From NCBI GenBank assembly GCA_965112155.1, contig OZ218110.1: 64,000 nt of DNA. One strand, written 5' to 3'. Within the stretch, counting starts at the first letter, position 1. Every line of letters begins with the position of its first letter. A program made the position numbers and the translations under genes. This document shows, piece after piece, positions 61,905 through 64,000 of this stretch. The stretch is from Podarcis liolepis. Lineage: Eukaryota. The notes beneath the pieces were generated by a model. That model did no database searches and was not told the origin of the DNA. It saw only the letters and a list, made by a program, of their open reading frames with translations.

Positions 61905-62391
61905 TGTATTAGCTTCACACCTGGAAAGATTAGATAAACTCTACTTCAGATGGGCAGAAAGGATTAATATACAATAGCTCTTTTCATTTGCACCCATAAG
62001 ATTTAGATGTTGGCAGTTATACATCAGGTATTAAACTAGAGAGAAGAGGGTGGGAGGAGGTTTTCCAGGACAACTTTTCAAGTCGTAAGTGAACACAACT
62101 AGAGGGCTCAAACAAATATTTTCCCTTTCCATCACTAGGAATTTTTAACAGGACCTAGGTTGACCACGATGCACATTATCCTTAATAATATATTTGCTTT
62201 TTAATTCTTCATTAATAGTAGCAAATACTAGGGATGGACAAACCTCACAATTTCAGTTTCTCTTAGTTTTTCTTTTCTGTCTTATACTTGGTTCACATTT
62301 CCACACCATGAAAACATTCATACAATTTTATTTTGTGCACATTTCACCTAACATACACTTGCCTGCACACAAGACAACCAATCTAGAATGA

Positions 62392-62833
62392 GGCTACCAG
62401 ACTGATGACTGGGAGCGGCCACAGGGACCATATAACACCAGTCCTAAAGGATCTATATTATCTCCCATTACATTTCCAAGCACAATTCAAAGTGTTGGTG
62501 CTAACCTTTAAAGCCCTAAATGGCCCTTGGCCCCGTATACCTGAAAGAGCATCTCCACCCTCATCGTTCAGCCCAGTCATTGAATTCCAGGTCTGAGCAT
62601 CTTCTGGTGGTTCTTTCACTGCAAGAAGTGAAGTTATAGGAAACCAGGCAGAAGTCCTTCTTGGTAGTTGCATCCACTCTGTGGAACACCCTCCCGTCAG
62701 ATGTCAAAGAGATGGACATTTATCTGGCATCTGAAGGCAGCCTGTATAGGGAAGTTTTTAATGTTTGGTGTTTTAATTTGCTGGAAGCAACTCAGAGTGG
62801 CTGGGGCAACCCAGTCAAATGGGTGGCATATAA

Positions 62834-62863
<30 letters not shown>
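62392..62863 (+). mobile_element. L2 LINE 3' fragment with (TTA)n tail
   Basis: HRDHITPVLKDLYYLPLHFQAQFKVLVLTFKALNG; homologous to 51395-51715. Confidence 0.9.
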
Positions 62864-62864
<1 letters not shown>

Positions 62865-63593
62865 GGTCACAGGTTTAATCCCCATACATGACAACTGCTT
62901 ATTCCTGCATTGCAGGAGGTTGGATTAGATTATCCTCAGGGTCCCTTCCAACTCTACAATTCTATTATTCTATTATTTTATTTATGACACCTACATTTGT
63001 CCTAATGTACAAATGGCTTTTAATGCCCATTGTGCCTTTAGAGTTTCAATCAAAGCACATGGCAACCTCTTGCCAGCCGTGTCCAGATGCTTCTGTTTCT
63101 TTCCCCCCCCCCTCCTATCTCATTCTTACACATCAATGGAAAAGCCAGTAGTTTGCTTACCTTATTCCTCGTTATCACTGTTTTCATGTCTCAGTTGACT
63201 GTAGTATGTTTGCTTTGATTAATAACATTTTTAAAAATGTATAGATTACAACATGCCCATAGTGCTGGAATTCAATTTACTTCTTCTGCTGTATCTCTGT
63301 TCTGAAAACAGCCTCTTCTCATTATCCCCATCTTATTCCTGACCTCAGTTCATTCTTGAAATTAAAAAAAGGCATTTTTGTTTTCAGTGTTTCTTCTCTC
63401 CATATATATTCCATCAGAATGATTATCGCGTTGCATCTCTCTCTTCCCATAGGGAAATCACAGTCTCCTTTGACATCATTTTAATAATAGGTGTTTTAAT
63501 GCTAGAAGCAGCAAACTACCTGTACTTATGTACTTAAGCATATTGCAATTAAACTACTGACTTCAAAGCTTGCTCTTTTTTAAAGAATATCAT

Positions 63594-63757
63594 ATAGGAA
63601 CATAGAAAGCTGCCTCATAATGAGTCGCCCCATTGGTCAACTTAGTATTGTTTGTACTGACAGAAGCTCCCAAGGGTTTAAGGCAGGGAGATGCCATGCA
63701 ATGAATCTAGGACCTTCTCTACTCAAGGGAGATGCTCTGTCACTGAGCTATGGCCCT
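63594..63757 (-). mobile_element. Squam3-like SINE, degraded
   Basis: Minus strand head agggccatagctcagtgacagagcatct and tail gaggcagctttctatgttccta. Confidence 0.7.
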
Positions 63758-64000
63758 TCCCCTTTGAGTTTCCCTGGAAGAAATCAACAGTAAGCAAACA
63801 GAGTAAACAATGGCTCAAAACAGAAAGAGGCAAATTAATTTTATGCTCTACTGTAAGTGGGCTTACAGGAATGTGCATACTGGAATTTGTCCTCACTTCG
63901 TACACATCATAGTGTGGCTGTGGCAGCCTAAGCTGTTGAACAATGGGAGGGAAGAGAGTTGTGTGAATGAGCTAACCCTGTGCCCCTCCTTGTAAAATTA

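Noticed and set aside
1-64000. CRISPR arrays, rRNA or prokaryotic operons
   Set aside because: No repeat-spacer periodicity or such genes seen; the sequence is vertebrate.

Overview
Vertebrate genomic DNA, most likely from a squamate reptile and probably a lacertid lizard (Sauria SINE, Squam3-like SINE, BovB, CR1, L2 and Penelope-type repeats). The window is a tandem cluster of 11 class II olfactory receptor (OR) genes resembling mammalian OR11A: 10 intact and 1 with a CGA>TGA nonsense codon, plus two decayed OR remnants. Three main observations. (1) Four paralogues (OR1, OR2, OR4, OR5) share a 45-57 bp ATG-initiated upstream CODING exon spliced in phase 0 onto the 7TM exon. It restores the N-terminus of two genes whose main-exon ATG has become GTG/ATA and adds a second N-glycosylation sequon. 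(2) Two divergent copies of a poly(A)-tailed non-autonomous retroelement (one complete, ~1.9 kb, with a 16-bp TSD) carry an intact 175/203-aa ORF unlike L1 ORF1 and two conserved palindromes. (3) A Penelope-like insertion inside the complete copy forms a long inverted repeat with a minimal hammerhead ribozyme motif on each strand. Also present are conserved EBF/homeodomain-like promoter motifs, gene-conversion-like patches, nested TEs and solo LTRs. OR numbering (OR1-OR11, left to right) is mine. All comparisons were made by eye; no database searches were run.
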